A DNA stretch of 20,000 bases from an uncultured virus (IMG/VR IMGVR_UViG_3300002161_000007) (lineage: Duplodnaviria > Heunggongvirae > Uroviricota > Caudoviricetes). The notes below the pieces were generated by a model. It searched no databases. It saw only the letters and a list, made by a program, of their open reading frames with translations, and had not been told where the DNA came from. This document shows, piece after piece, positions 9,263 through 17,125 of this stretch (its first letter is position 1; the number at the start of each line of letters is the position of its first letter). The stretch lies in IMG/VR virus record IMGVR_UViG_3300002161_000007, positions 55,021-75,020 of that record. One strand, given 5' to 3'. Position numbers and translations under genes: made by a program.

Positions 9263-9547
9263 TTATTTTGTGGGAAGGTCAATGACCTGCCCGTTTTGGA
9301 TGGTTGACCCGTAGGTCTCTACTAGGTCATTGACGGCGGACTCTATGTTGCCCGAGCAATTGCTCATAGCGATTTCCCACAGGGTCTCACCGTATGACAC
9401 GGTGTGTTGCTTTGTATTGCAGATATATGAATCCATATGCTCCGCAGACTCTTGGATTAAGAAATACACGAACGCTGTCACGAGCATCGCAAGGAACCCG
9501 TAGAACGCCCATGTAATTCTGTAATTGAGTTTTGTGTAGTCCTTCAC
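9263..9547 (-). CDS. Membrane-anchored LysM-domain protein
   Basis: N-terminal TM helix; HTVSYGETLWEIA...IQNGQVIDLP; AAGGAG SD with GTG start. Confidence 0.8.
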   Translation of the reverse strand: MKDYTKLNYRITWAFYGFLAMLVTAFVYFLIQESAEHMDSYICNTKQHTVSYGETLWEIAMSNCSGNIESAVNDLVETYGSTIQNGQVIDLPTK

Positions 9548-9702
9548 ACTTTCTCCTTAAGTTTGATGATTGCGGACAAGATGTCCTCTAATGACTTTGC
9601 TGGTAACACAAGACCTAAGTCGTACTTGAACCATGTAAACGCCATGATTCCCAATTCGTCTTGGATTTGGTTTACTAACTCAACTGTCCTCATGTTGCTC
9701 AT
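9544..9702 (-). CDS. Hypothetical protein (52 aa, absent from the ORF track)
   Basis: MSNMRTVELVNQIQDELG...KEKV; GGAGG SD; 4-nt overlaps at both ends. Confidence 0.7.
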   Translation of the reverse strand: MSNMRTVELVNQIQDELGIMAFTWFKYDLGLVLPAKSLEDILSAIIKLKEKV

Positions 9703-9854
9703 TGCTCTACCTCCTTGATGTCTATGATTTCTATGAATGACCCCAGTGTCAACAGCGCCTCTACGAGACGGATTGCATCGGGAGCATTGGTTGGTTCATC
9801 CAAGTCACAGCGCTTGCGCACTGTGACCTGAAGTGTGAATTCGGTGGTGCTCAT
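9699..9854 (-). CDS. Hypothetical protein (51 aa; start revised to MSTTEF)
   Basis: ATGA overlaps at both ends. Confidence 0.65.
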   Translation of the reverse strand: MSTTEFTLQVTVRKRCDLDEPTNAPDAIRLVEALLTLGSFIEIIDIKEVEQ

Positions 9855-10432
9855 GACAGAGCATTCTTGAGTAGAAGATAATCTCCGCCTTGCTCCATCC
9901 ATTCAATGAGCCTGTTTGGTTCAGGTGTGAGCACCGAGATACCCATGCTAAACACATTGCTCGTTGGATCAGCCACGATGGCGATTGGTATGTCGCCATA
10001 GTCAACTTCACCTGTCAGCAAGCGTTCAGCCCACTGATTGAATATCTGTTTCTTGTCAGCGATTGGGTCACCCCAGCCACCAGTTGTCCAGCCAGCCATG
10101 ATCTCTGTCCAGCCTTCAATGGTGGTCTCGTAGTGACCACGCCAGTCACTTGACTGGATGTACTCACGATTGATCGTGAGGTTGGTGTTGTACAGGTCAT
10201 CGCCGTACTCGTCCATGCGAATGTGGTCTCCGATGTAGTACTTGCGTACTGCACCATCGTGCACAAGTTGCACAGTTGACGAGTGGTTCTGATCGGACTC
10301 GTAGCAACCCCAGCAGAGGTAACCATCGTGTACATTGCTCCAGCCATGGTCACCATCGGTGTCCACGATTTCGCTACATTCACAGCACTCGTCCTTCAGA
10401 AGTTCTTTCACTTCTTGTTGAATTTCATCCAT
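9851..10432 (-). CDS. Acidic hypothetical protein with N-terminal zinc-finger-like CxxC pairs
   Basis: CCEC...CWGC; GGAGG SD; TAATG overlap. Confidence 0.8.
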   Translation of the reverse strand: MDEIQQEVKELLKDECCECSEIVDTDGDHGWSNVHDGYLCWGCYESDQNHSSTVQLVHDGAVRKYYIGDHIRMDEYGDDLYNTNLTINREYIQSSDWRGHYETTIEGWTEIMAGWTTGGWGDPIADKKQIFNQWAERLLTGEVDYGDIPIAIVADPTSNVFSMGISVLTPEPNRLIEWMEQGGDYLLLKNALS

Positions 10433-10635
10433 TACTTTGCCTCCATTACTTTGAGTAACTCGTTGGTTGTTGTGTTCTTCAATTCAATGCGACCCTTTGC
10501 CCACATGTCCTTGGTCTTTGCTTGATCAAGGATGTAGAAGATTGCAGTCATTGTTGCTTCGTTGTCATCCACATCGGTGAATGTGTGTGCCTTCACTTTG
10601 CCTAAGCGCTGTGCGGTTATTTGATAGGTGTTCAT
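10432..10635 (-). CDS. Hypothetical protein (67 aa)
   Basis: AAGGAG SD; coupled overlaps. Confidence 0.75.
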   Translation of the reverse strand: MNTYQITAQRLGKVKAHTFTDVDDNEATMTAIFYILDQAKTKDMWAKGRIELKNTTTNELLKVMEAK

Positions 10636-10844
10636 GCTGTCTCCTTTTTGGTCTTGTTCATTCTTCCGTTAAACCATGCTTCTACTTTGTCCCATTCCCA
10701 AAACAGTCCTGCACTGAGTACAAGACATGGCTCGGGGAATCCGATGTTTCGCATTCTCCATTGGTGCACGATCGTTGAGTGTGCTCGTTGGAGCCTGTCA
10801 GCGATCTCGTTGGCACCAACGATGTTGGCTGTGTCAATCATCAT
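10632..10844 (-). CDS. AlpA-like HTH DNA-binding protein (start revised)
   Basis: IVGANEIADRL...VHQWR....FPEP.......FW; TAATG overlap at 10844. Confidence 0.7.
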   Translation of the reverse strand: MMIDTANIVGANEIADRLQRAHSTIVHQWRMRNIGFPEPCLVLSAGLFWEWDKVEAWFNGRMNKTKKETA

Positions 10845-11140
10845 TAGAAGCCCCATTCCTCTTCGCTGGTGTCAATGAATGAGTCAAGGTGGTGTGCATT
10901 CACCACTGCCCACGCTGGAGCAACTGGCTGACCCCTCCACATGATGCCATCGGGGAGCGTGACATTGGTGTCGTGCTCACCTTCGGTGACCAATTGAATT
11001 GCGACCACACATGGATCAACCATGTTGAGTGGTACTGGTGGATAGTGATTGCTTTGCAGGTGCCATGCGAGCGCCTGTCGTAGTTCAATCATTCCGTCTT
11101 CCACGGCTTCCGCCATGCCTAGTGCGTTGATGCTTCCCAT
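10844..11140 (-). CDS. Hypothetical phage protein (98 aa; start revised to MGSINA)
   Basis: TAATG overlap at 11140; WHLQSNHYPPVP segment. Confidence 0.75.
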   Translation of the reverse strand: MGSINALGMAEAVEDGMIELRQALAWHLQSNHYPPVPLNMVDPCVVAIQLVTEGEHDTNVTLPDGIMWRGQPVAPAWAVVNAHHLDSFIDTSEEEWGF

Positions 11141-11274
11141 TACTTTGCCTTCCTTCTGTCTCTGAACATGTCTACTGCCCGTGTTAATACGATCCCCCAA
11201 CCGATCCCAATTACAAAAAACACAAAGCAATCAATTGCGTAACCGCTTATGTGAATGGTGAATCCGTTATCCAT
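11140..11274 (-). CDS. Small single-pass membrane protein (44 aa, absent from the ORF track)
   Basis: MDNGFTIHISGYAIDCFVFFVIGIGWGIVLTRAVDMFRDRRKAK; AGGAGG SD; TM segment plus basic tail. Confidence 0.7.
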   Translation of the reverse strand: MDNGFTIHISGYAIDCFVFFVIGIGWGIVLTRAVDMFRDRRKAK

Positions 11275-11282
11275 GTGCCCTC

Positions 11283-11489
11283 CTAAAGGCTCTTTGTTTG
11301 AATGTTGTTTGCTTTGCGGTACTCATCGCACGCATGTGCGAAGAATGCTTTGATGTCAGCCACTGAGGCTTCAGTCTTCAACTTCTGCATGTCGGGATAC
11401 ATCTCTGTGTCCCAGCAGAAGTTGTGTACTTGCTCGGCTTCCATGTCGGTAATGCCGAGCATCATGACCATCATGTCTCGGAGCCTCAT
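11283..11489 (-). CDS. Hypothetical protein (68 aa; start revised to MRLRDM)
   Basis: GGAG SD; ATGA overlap. Confidence 0.7.
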   Translation of the reverse strand: MRLRDMMVMMLGITDMEAEQVHNFCWDTEMYPDMQKLKTEASVADIKAFFAHACDEYRKANNIQTKSL

Positions 11490-11731
11490 ACTGCATCTCC
11501 GAGCCATAGACGGTCTTCATCGTCAACCCGAACGGTACGACCGTCCAGTGTCTGCACTTCTTCCACTACCCAGTCCAATGACGCTTGACCTGAGAGCAGT
11601 TGCTTAGTCAATGCATCCACAACATCTTCTATGTTGAGGTCTCCCGCAAGCAATGTTGCAGGGTCACTTGCATTGACTCCCTCTAGATACACGCCCGTTT
11701 GGAGCGAGATACTTACATTCCATTTATTCAT
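11486..11731 (-). CDS. Hypothetical protein (81 aa), first gene of a cassette
   Basis: Preceded by the SD hairpin at 11733-11750. Confidence 0.8.
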   Translation of the reverse strand: MNKWNVSISLQTGVYLEGVNASDPATLLAGDLNIEDVVDALTKQLLSGQASLDWVVEEVQTLDGRTVRVDDEDRLWLGDAV

Positions 11732-11853
11732 GATGACCTCCTCAGATCATTGTTGTTGACAGGTGTTACAAGGTTGCTTCACCCCGTGAGCACTTCCCAA
11801 GGCGGATCAAGGGAAGTGCTCACGGGGTGACACCAGCCGAGGCTGATGTCACC
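11732..11853 (-). repeat. Cassette leader, type B variant (20-bp perfect inverted repeat plus SD hairpin)
   Basis: TCACCCCGTGAGCACTTCCC/GGGAAGTGCTCACGGGGTGA at 11779-11830; hairpin 11826-11853; ATGATCT-GAGG-AGGTCAT. Confidence 0.8.
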
Positions 11854-11868
11854 TTTCGTACGAGCCTC

Positions 11869-12120
11869 TCAGGACTCGTTTAACGATGTTTCAATCCAAT
11901 CTAAGTCAATGTTGTACAGATATACGACATGACCCTCAGGTGCATAGAACTTGATGTAAGCGCCCGAGTCGTCATCTTCAAACTGCTCATTGACACTGCC
12001 GATGTACTTCATCTTGGACAGTTGTTCTTGCCCGTAGTACTCATTGGTATTGACAGAGGGGATCAAGAGATTCGCCTCCACCAAGTCCCTGCGCACTACT
12101 GGGTAACCACCGAGGATCAT
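11869..12120 (-). CDS. Hypothetical protein (83 aa; start revised to MILGGY)
   Basis: GGAGG SD; ATGA overlap. Confidence 0.75.
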   Translation of the reverse strand: MILGGYPVVRRDLVEANLLIPSVNTNEYYGQEQLSKMKYIGSVNEQFEDDDSGAYIKFYAPEGHVVYLYNIDLDWIETSLNES

Positions 12121-12317
12121 TGCTCGCCTCCACAACGGCAGTTGCCATTGCATGGTGCGAATTGAGTTTGCCGACTGTCCCAGCCGTTCTCAGCACACTT
12201 GACGCACCTCCACACATTCAGAGGTAAGTCAGGCGCTGGACGGAAGTCATGGTGACACAGGATCACCGCTGTTGGAGTCTCTCCCGTGCGATTGAAATAT
12301 TCCATGACGCTCTGCAT
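12117..12317 (-). CDS. Cys-rich small protein
   Basis: CHH...CVKC...CNGNCRC; TGATG overlap. Confidence 0.7.
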   Translation of the reverse strand: MQSVMEYFNRTGETPTAVILCHHDFRPAPDLPLNVWRCVKCAENGWDSRQTQFAPCNGNCRCGGEQ

Positions 12318-12526
12318 CAGAACACATCCACTGCGATGATCTTTGAGAGTGCGATGTCAATCTCACGCTCGTTCTCGTAGGTGTCGTATGGGCTGTCGCT
12401 AGTCCACATTGACAACTCGGTGTCGCTGATTCGTGAGACGATTCCTGAGTAGTCAAATGTCTCTATCGGAGAGATCTGCACGGATACTTCTACTTCGTCT
12501 CCTACTGCCACATTGATTGTTTTCAT
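12317..12526 (-). CDS. Hypothetical protein (69 aa)
   Basis: AAGGAGG SD; ATGA overlap. Confidence 0.75.
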   Translation of the reverse strand: MKTINVAVGDEVEVSVQISPIETFDYSGIVSRISDTELSMWTSDSPYDTYENEREIDIALSKIIAVDVF

Positions 12527-12882
12527 TTGTTGCCTCCTTCAAGGTCTAACACTGTTTCGTACATGTCTTCGTTGCTGATTACTTGAATTTCGTACTTGGT
12601 GTTGAAGTCATCGTCCCACTGGTTCTCAGTTATGAAATAACCGATGCGGTTAACGATGTGTCGTCCAGCGATGATGTATGTGCCTTCCTCGCCGTCCACA
12701 TATGTCCATGTGTAATGCAATGGCTGATCAAACACATGGTCAACTTCGGCACCGTATGTTTCAAACATGATGCCGTTGCCATCATCGTCTGACCACGATG
12801 CGTTGTCATCTAGGTGATTGTTGACAGGCTTGAACTTTGCCTCCCATTCTTCAACAGACATTTTGATTACTGGTTGTATCAT
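12523..12882 (-). CDS. Hypothetical phage protein (119 aa), first gene of a cassette
   Basis: FKPVNNH...MFETYG...WT...G.HIVNRIGYFITE; SD hairpin upstream. Confidence 0.8.
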   Translation of the reverse strand: MIQPVIKMSVEEWEAKFKPVNNHLDDNASWSDDDGNGIMFETYGAEVDHVFDQPLHYTWTYVDGEEGTYIIAGRHIVNRIGYFITENQWDDDFNTKYEIQVISNEDMYETVLDLEGGNK

Positions 12883-12992
12883 CTGACCTCCTCAGGTCTT
12901 TAGGGATTAACTAATTTATCGGGTACTAGGTACCCTCACAACACACAAACAGAATTTATGTGCTGTGAGAGCACCACGAGCCGAAGCCCGTG
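12883..12992 (-). repeat. Cassette leader, type B
   Basis: CACGGGC-TTCG-GCTCGTG; long stem 12929-12975; GGGTAC-CTA-GTACCC; GACCT-GAGG-AGGTC. Confidence 0.85.
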
Positions 12993-13001
12993 ATGCCCCG
13001 A

Positions 13002-13259
13002 TCAGGCAACATCCTCCCACCATGTCTGTGGCATGTAGAAGTATCCGCCTTCGTGCCAGCCGAATGAGTGACCGTCAGTAGCGACTTGGTCATTCAGCCA
13101 TTCCGTGGCTACCTGTTCTTGGTACCACGAGTCCTCAATGTCGGTGGGCTGGCGCCCATCCCACCCAAGTTCTCGTGCAATCCTGCACGCTTCCATGGCG
13201 CTGTACACGCCATGGTGGTCGTCAACTAACAACCCAGTGCCGATCATGACCTTGCTCAT
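13002..13259 (-). CDS. Hypothetical protein (85 aa)
   Basis: GGAGGT SD; ATGA overlap. Confidence 0.75.
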   Translation of the reverse strand: MSKVMIGTGLLVDDHHGVYSAMEACRIARELGWDGRQPTDIEDSWYQEQVATEWLNDQVATDGHSFGWHEGGYFYMPQTWWEDVA

Positions 13260-13543
13260 TGCTCTACCTCCATGTCAGCGAGCACGAATGGGATCTTGTA
13301 GTCAATGTCGTACGACAAGACATTGAAGTCTTCGCCGTTGTTGCCTACGAGTGACTTGAGTTCCTCTTCTCCGCCTTCGCAGTAGAAGAAGACCTCATCG
13401 TCTCGGTTGCCCAGCGAGTCGTACTCGCCGTTCCACTCGTTCTCATTCCATGTGCCAAACGAGATGTACACCTCGCTTTCGTCCTGCGTGTCCTTCCACT
13501 GGATGATTGCCCATGCACCAATTGGTGTTCCGATATTGCTCAT
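13256..13543 (-). CDS. Acidic hypothetical protein (95 aa; start revised to MSNIGT)
   Basis: AAGGAG SD; TAATG overlap. Confidence 0.75.
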   Translation of the reverse strand: MSNIGTPIGAWAIIQWKDTQDESEVYISFGTWNENEWNGEYDSLGNRDDEVFFYCEGGEEELKSLVGNNGEDFNVLSYDIDYKIPFVLADMEVEQ

Positions 13544-13782
13544 TAGAACTCTCCTTGTTCTGTGATGTCGTAATTGAGGTATGTCCACACATCTTGGTTG
13601 ACGCTGTCGTAACCACCGTTGGCGTCAAACACTTCAACAGCCCTGAGCCATTCTTCTGAATCTGCCGACAATGTTTCATCATTGTCACCAATGGTGAACA
13701 GGTTTGCTTCCCACCAAGAGATAGCGATCTCTTCGTCAGGATTGATCTCACTCAATAATTTAATTGCGTGACTTACTTTCAT
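13543..13782 (-). CDS. Acidic hypothetical protein (79 aa), first gene of a cassette
   Basis: SD hairpin upstream. Confidence 0.8.
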   Translation of the reverse strand: MKVSHAIKLLSEINPDEEIAISWWEANLFTIGDNDETLSADSEEWLRAVEVFDANGGYDSVNQDVWTYLNYDITEQGEF

Positions 13783-13865
13783 GGTGCCTCCTCAGGCTTT
13801 GTTTACTTCGGCGGTATTGCCTTGTCCCCAGTCGGAATTGAATCCGCACGCCTGTAGCGCTGGGG
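13783..13865 (-). repeat. Cassette leader, type A (tRNA-like core 13826-13865)
   Basis: CCCCAG-CGC-TACAG-GCG-TG-CGGA-TTCAAT-TCCG-A-CTGGGG-AC; GCCT-GAGG-AGGC. Confidence 0.9.
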
Positions 13866-13872
13866 GATCTCT

Positions 13873-14088
13873 CTAGAAGCCGTTCTTGTCACAGATCTTG
13901 CTGAGAGCGCCAATGACCTTGTCCTCTACAGCGAGATACTGCTCAAGAGAACCCCATGGATAGATGCCATCGTCACCGAGTCGGTTGTGAATCGCTTCCA
14001 TGCCGTCTCGCACCAACTGGTACAGGATGTCCAGTTCGGATCCACGGCGATCAATGCCTCCGTTGAGAGTGATATTTAAGTTGTACAT
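13873..14088 (-). CDS. Hypothetical protein (71 aa), single-gene cassette
   Basis: Flanked by leaders on both sides. Confidence 0.8.
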   Translation of the reverse strand: MYNLNITLNGGIDRRGSELDILYQLVRDGMEAIHNRLGDDGIYPWGSLEQYLAVEDKVIGALSKICDKNGF

Positions 14089-14188
14089 GGTGACCTCCTC
14101 AGGTCTTGAATGAACATCGGGTGATGTTCTGACAGTACATCAACGGTGTGTCAATGTACTGTCAGAACACCACGGGCTTGCGCCCGTG
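14089..14188 (-). repeat. Cassette leader, type B
   Basis: CACGGGC-GCAA-GCCCGTG; long stem GTTCTGACAGTACAT/ATGTACTGTCAGAAC; GAACATC-ACCC-GATGTTC; GACCT-GAGG-AGGTC. Confidence 0.85.
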
Positions 14189-14272
14189 ATGAACTGTGGT
14201 GGCTCCCGTGAGGACAAGAGTGCACCGATTGTCGCTTGTAACGCTGACCATGAAGCGCTACAGCGCCCACGA

Positions 14273-15796
14273 TTATCCGTTACCAACGATCCCGTCAATG
14301 AGGGCTTGCGTAATGCTTCCACCCTCTGCACCCATGTCTTCACCGTGACCTGTCAAGACAGCCGATACCGTCTCGTGCTTGGCGTTGAGTAGTGCCCACA
14401 TGCGATCGTCCACTGTTGGGATCTCGCTTGTGTCATCTACAGCCAACAACCACCACGCAACGACTGCGTTGTCTTGACCGATGCGGTGTGCACGGTCTTC
14501 TGATTGCACTGCTTCCGCTGGTGTCCATGGCACTTCAGCGAACACCACATGCGATGATGCGGTCAATGTAAGACCGACACCAGCACTTGTGAATTGTCCG
14601 ATGAACACCTTGGCGTCACCTTGTTGGAATGCGTCAACTGCTTCCTGCTTCTGCTCATCGGTAAGACCGCCAGCCACCTTGACTACGCCGTGCTTGTTAA
14701 GAGCACTGGCTAAGCCTGCGATGACATCTCGGTGATGTGCGAACACGATGACCTTCTCGCCTTGAGCGACAAGTTCTTCTACATGCTCAACCACATACGG
14801 GATCTTGGCGATACCGAGCAACTTGCGCAGTGCGTTGAGGCGAGTGATCACCTCAGCCTTGGATGCCTTCTGCCATGCCTCGGCACCGCCATTGGCGATG
14901 ACGAAGTCACGGAAGTCATTCTCGGCGTGACGGTATGTAGCGAGATCATCTTCTGTGATCTCTACCGCCACTTGAGCACGGCGCTTCGCTGGGAGTTCCT
15001 TCAACACATCTGACTTGTTACGCCTCACATAGCAGATGCCACGCAATTTGTCGTTCAACTCAGTGGTGTTGCTGGCTCCGTTGTACACATAACCCCATCC
15101 ATTGTGGATTGGATCACAGTAACGAAACAGGAATGCGTTGCGTCCACCGAACCCTCTGTCCAGTCTGTCAATGATTGACAGCGGAGCAACGAGTTCGCTT
15201 GGACGATTCACGATGATGGTGCCACTGAGCAATACCACATACCCCTCAGTCGGAATTGACTTGGCGATGTATGCAATACCCTTAGTGCGACCTGACTTCG
15301 CATTCTTCGCACGGTGTGCCTCATCAACGATGAGCGCTCCAAACTTGCCAGCCAACTTGAGTGACCACAGGTCAACATTGCTGTCACCAATGATCACCAC
15401 ATCAGCCTTAGGTATGGCACCGACACGACTGCCCTTCACCACGGCTACAGAGAGCCACGGTGCGAACTGCTTGAATGAGCGAACCCAGTTGGTGCGCAAT
15501 GACGGAGGCACCACGACAAGCACCTTGTGCTTCTCATTGACAGCCTGCACAGCCACTGCGATGCCCTGCGGAGTCTTGCCCAGCCCCATCTCGTCACCGA
15601 TGATGACACGGCGTTGCTTGATTGCATACGCCACGCCAGCACGCTGGAACGGGAAGAGAGGTTGAGCGAGATCTACAGCGACCTCACCATCGTGAGCGCT
15701 ACTAAGAGCAAGGAGTGATGGGTCAGCAGTGATTGCTGGCGCAACACGATCAAGCCCCGATAGCAATGCACTCAGTCCTTCTAGTTGTGTATTCAT
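14273..15796 (-). CDS. SNF2-family (SMARCAL1/HARP-like) helicase/ATPase
   Basis: FQ, DEMGLGKT, VVVPP, DEAH, SGT, GVGLTLT, QSEDRAHRIGQ. Confidence 0.93.
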   Translation of the reverse strand: MNTQLEGLSALLSGLDRVAPAITADPSLLALSSAHDGEVAVDLAQPLFPFQRAGVAYAIKQRRVIIGDEMGLGKTPQGIAVAVQAVNEKHKVLVVVPPSLRTNWVRSFKQFAPWLSVAVVKGSRVGAIPKADVVIIGDSNVDLWSLKLAGKFGALIVDEAHRAKNAKSGRTKGIAYIAKSIPTEGYVVLLSGTIIVNRPSELVAPLSIIDRLDRGFGGRNAFLFRYCDPIHNGWGYVYNGASNTTELNDKLRGICYVRRNKSDVLKELPAKRRAQVAVEITEDDLATYRHAENDFRDFVIANGGAEAWQKASKAEVITRLNALRKLLGIAKIPYVVEHVEELVAQGEKVIVFAHHRDVIAGLASALNKHGVVKVAGGLTDEQKQEAVDAFQQGDAKVFIGQFTSAGVGLTLTASSHVVFAEVPWTPAEAVQSEDRAHRIGQDNAVVAWWLLAVDDTSEIPTVDDRMWALLNAKHETVSAVLTGHGEDMGAEGGSITQALIDGIVGNG

Positions 15797-15893
15797 GGTC
15801 TGTTTACCTCCTCAGGTAATTGTTAGTGGACTTGCGTCCTCACAACACATCAGTTGCCCGATGTGCTGTGAGGGCGCCACACCTTGCGGTGTG
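15797..15893 (-). repeat. Cassette leader, type B
   Basis: CACACC-GCAA-GGTGTG; long stem 15834-15877; GGAC-GCAA-GTCC; TTACCT-GAGG-AGGTAA. Confidence 0.85.
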
Positions 15894-15904
15894 ACATCCT
15901 CGGG

Positions 15905-16630
15905 CTAGAAGCCCAATCGCTTTGCGCAGTCGTTGCCGATGCCACGCTTGCGTGTGACCTCATCGGTCAAGTGACGCCCGCACACACCACACCGCCCGAT
16001 CTCTTGACCGTACAGTGCCTGTGCATCCATGCGTTCTTGATCGCTGAGCGCAAGTAGACGCTTCACAGCGTTCACTGCACGCTCACCGTGTAGTCGCTCG
16101 TCACGATGACCACCCACGACCATGTAGATCGCACGCTGACCCTTGAGGCTTGCGTTATGCACGCCCTTGTTGGTCTTCACTGCGTAGAACACGAGATCGT
16201 TGGCGCCAGTTGATGACAGTGCGTAGAACCCATCGGCAAGTGTGCCGAAGAGTTCGTTGGTCACCGTCACTGGACGAGCAACAGGCTCCGATGAGCATTC
16301 ACCAGCCTTGTGGAATGTCTGCCACTTGCCACTGATGAGCAATGCGTGACCAGCACCGACAGGTACAGGATGCCCGCACAATGTGCACGGGTTCGCATAC
16401 TTGTTGACGATGGTGCGCTCTGCCTTAGGCAAGTGGTCAGTGCCCACACGCTTGACCTCAATCTTCTTGATTGCGTCAATGGCGAACGATGCTGACTTGC
16501 TGGACAACTCATTCAACTTCTGATCAATGATGTACTGGTCAACACCAGCCTCATCAAGACCGAGTGTTGAAGCACGCTCTAAGAGCATCGTGCGAATGAA
16601 TGCCTGTTGCTTTGGTGTTATTGCACCCAT
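15905..16630 (-). CDS. DUF6011-like zinc-finger protein
   Basis: ITPKQ..FI N-terminus; NKYANPCTLCG...H...C; C-terminal CGVCGRHLTD......GIGNDC. Confidence 0.75.
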   Translation of the reverse strand: MGAITPKQQAFIRTMLLERASTLGLDEAGVDQYIIDQKLNELSSKSASFAIDAIKKIEVKRVGTDHLPKAERTIVNKYANPCTLCGHPVPVGAGHALLISGKWQTFHKAGECSSEPVARPVTVTNELFGTLADGFYALSSTGANDLVFYAVKTNKGVHNASLKGQRAIYMVVGGHRDERLHGERAVNAVKRLLALSDQERMDAQALYGQEIGRCGVCGRHLTDEVTRKRGIGNDCAKRLGF

Positions 16631-16738
16631 GGTAAGAACCTCCTCAGATTCTGTTTTGTTGTACTGAATGGACTTGCGTCCTCGGAATGCACCGATGGGG
16701 GATCAGTGCACTCCGAGCACGCCATGGCTTGCGCCATG
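16631..16738 (-). repeat. Cassette leader, type B
   Basis: CATGGC-GCAA-GCCATG; long stem 16676-16722; GGAC-GCAA-GTCC; AGAATCT-GAGG-AGGTTCT. Confidence 0.85.
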
Positions 16739-16757
16739 ACTGCCCACTGCTACTTAC

Positions 16758-17012
16758 TCACGCATTGGCGAGTTGGGAAGTGAGTTCTGCGATTGCCTTC
16801 CATAACACTGTGTCAATGTCAGCGGTGTCACTGATAAAGAGCGTGATCGTGGACTCCAGTTTTGCGTAACCGAATGACTCTTTGTCCTGCTCCCACTGGG
16901 GACGGCTGAACGCCAAGTCTTCGTACTCAATCACGAGATCAATCGTGTGAAGTCGTGAGTCACCAGTTTTCTCAATCCGAAACCCAGTTACTTTGTGAAT
17001 AGTTGCATCCAT
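16758..17012 (-). CDS. Hypothetical protein (84 aa; start revised to MDATIH)
   Basis: ATG directly follows the SD hairpin; the ORF-track extension runs through the leader. Confidence 0.8.
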   Translation of the reverse strand: MDATIHKVTGFRIEKTGDSRLHTIDLVIEYEDLAFSRPQWEQDKESFGYAKLESTITLFISDTADIDTVLWKAIAELTSQLANA

Positions 17013-17115
17013 GGTTGACCTCCTCGGGTCTGTTAGTTGAACGGGCAATTGTATGCCCTCACAATGCACCGACACAACGCCGATGCACTGTGAGGGCACC
17101 ACGGGCGAACCCGTG
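17013..17115 (-). repeat. Cassette leader, type B
   Basis: CACGGG-TTCG-CCCGTG; long stem 17054-17098; GGGCA-TACAAT-TGCCC; GACCC-GAGG-AGGTC. Confidence 0.85.
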
Positions 17116-17125
17116 ATGCTCCCGA

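Noticed and set aside
14197..14206. tRNA gene or attP ending in GGAGCCACCA
   Set aside because: No upstream T-loop (GTTCRA) or matching acceptor 5' strand; only 10 nt of resemblance.
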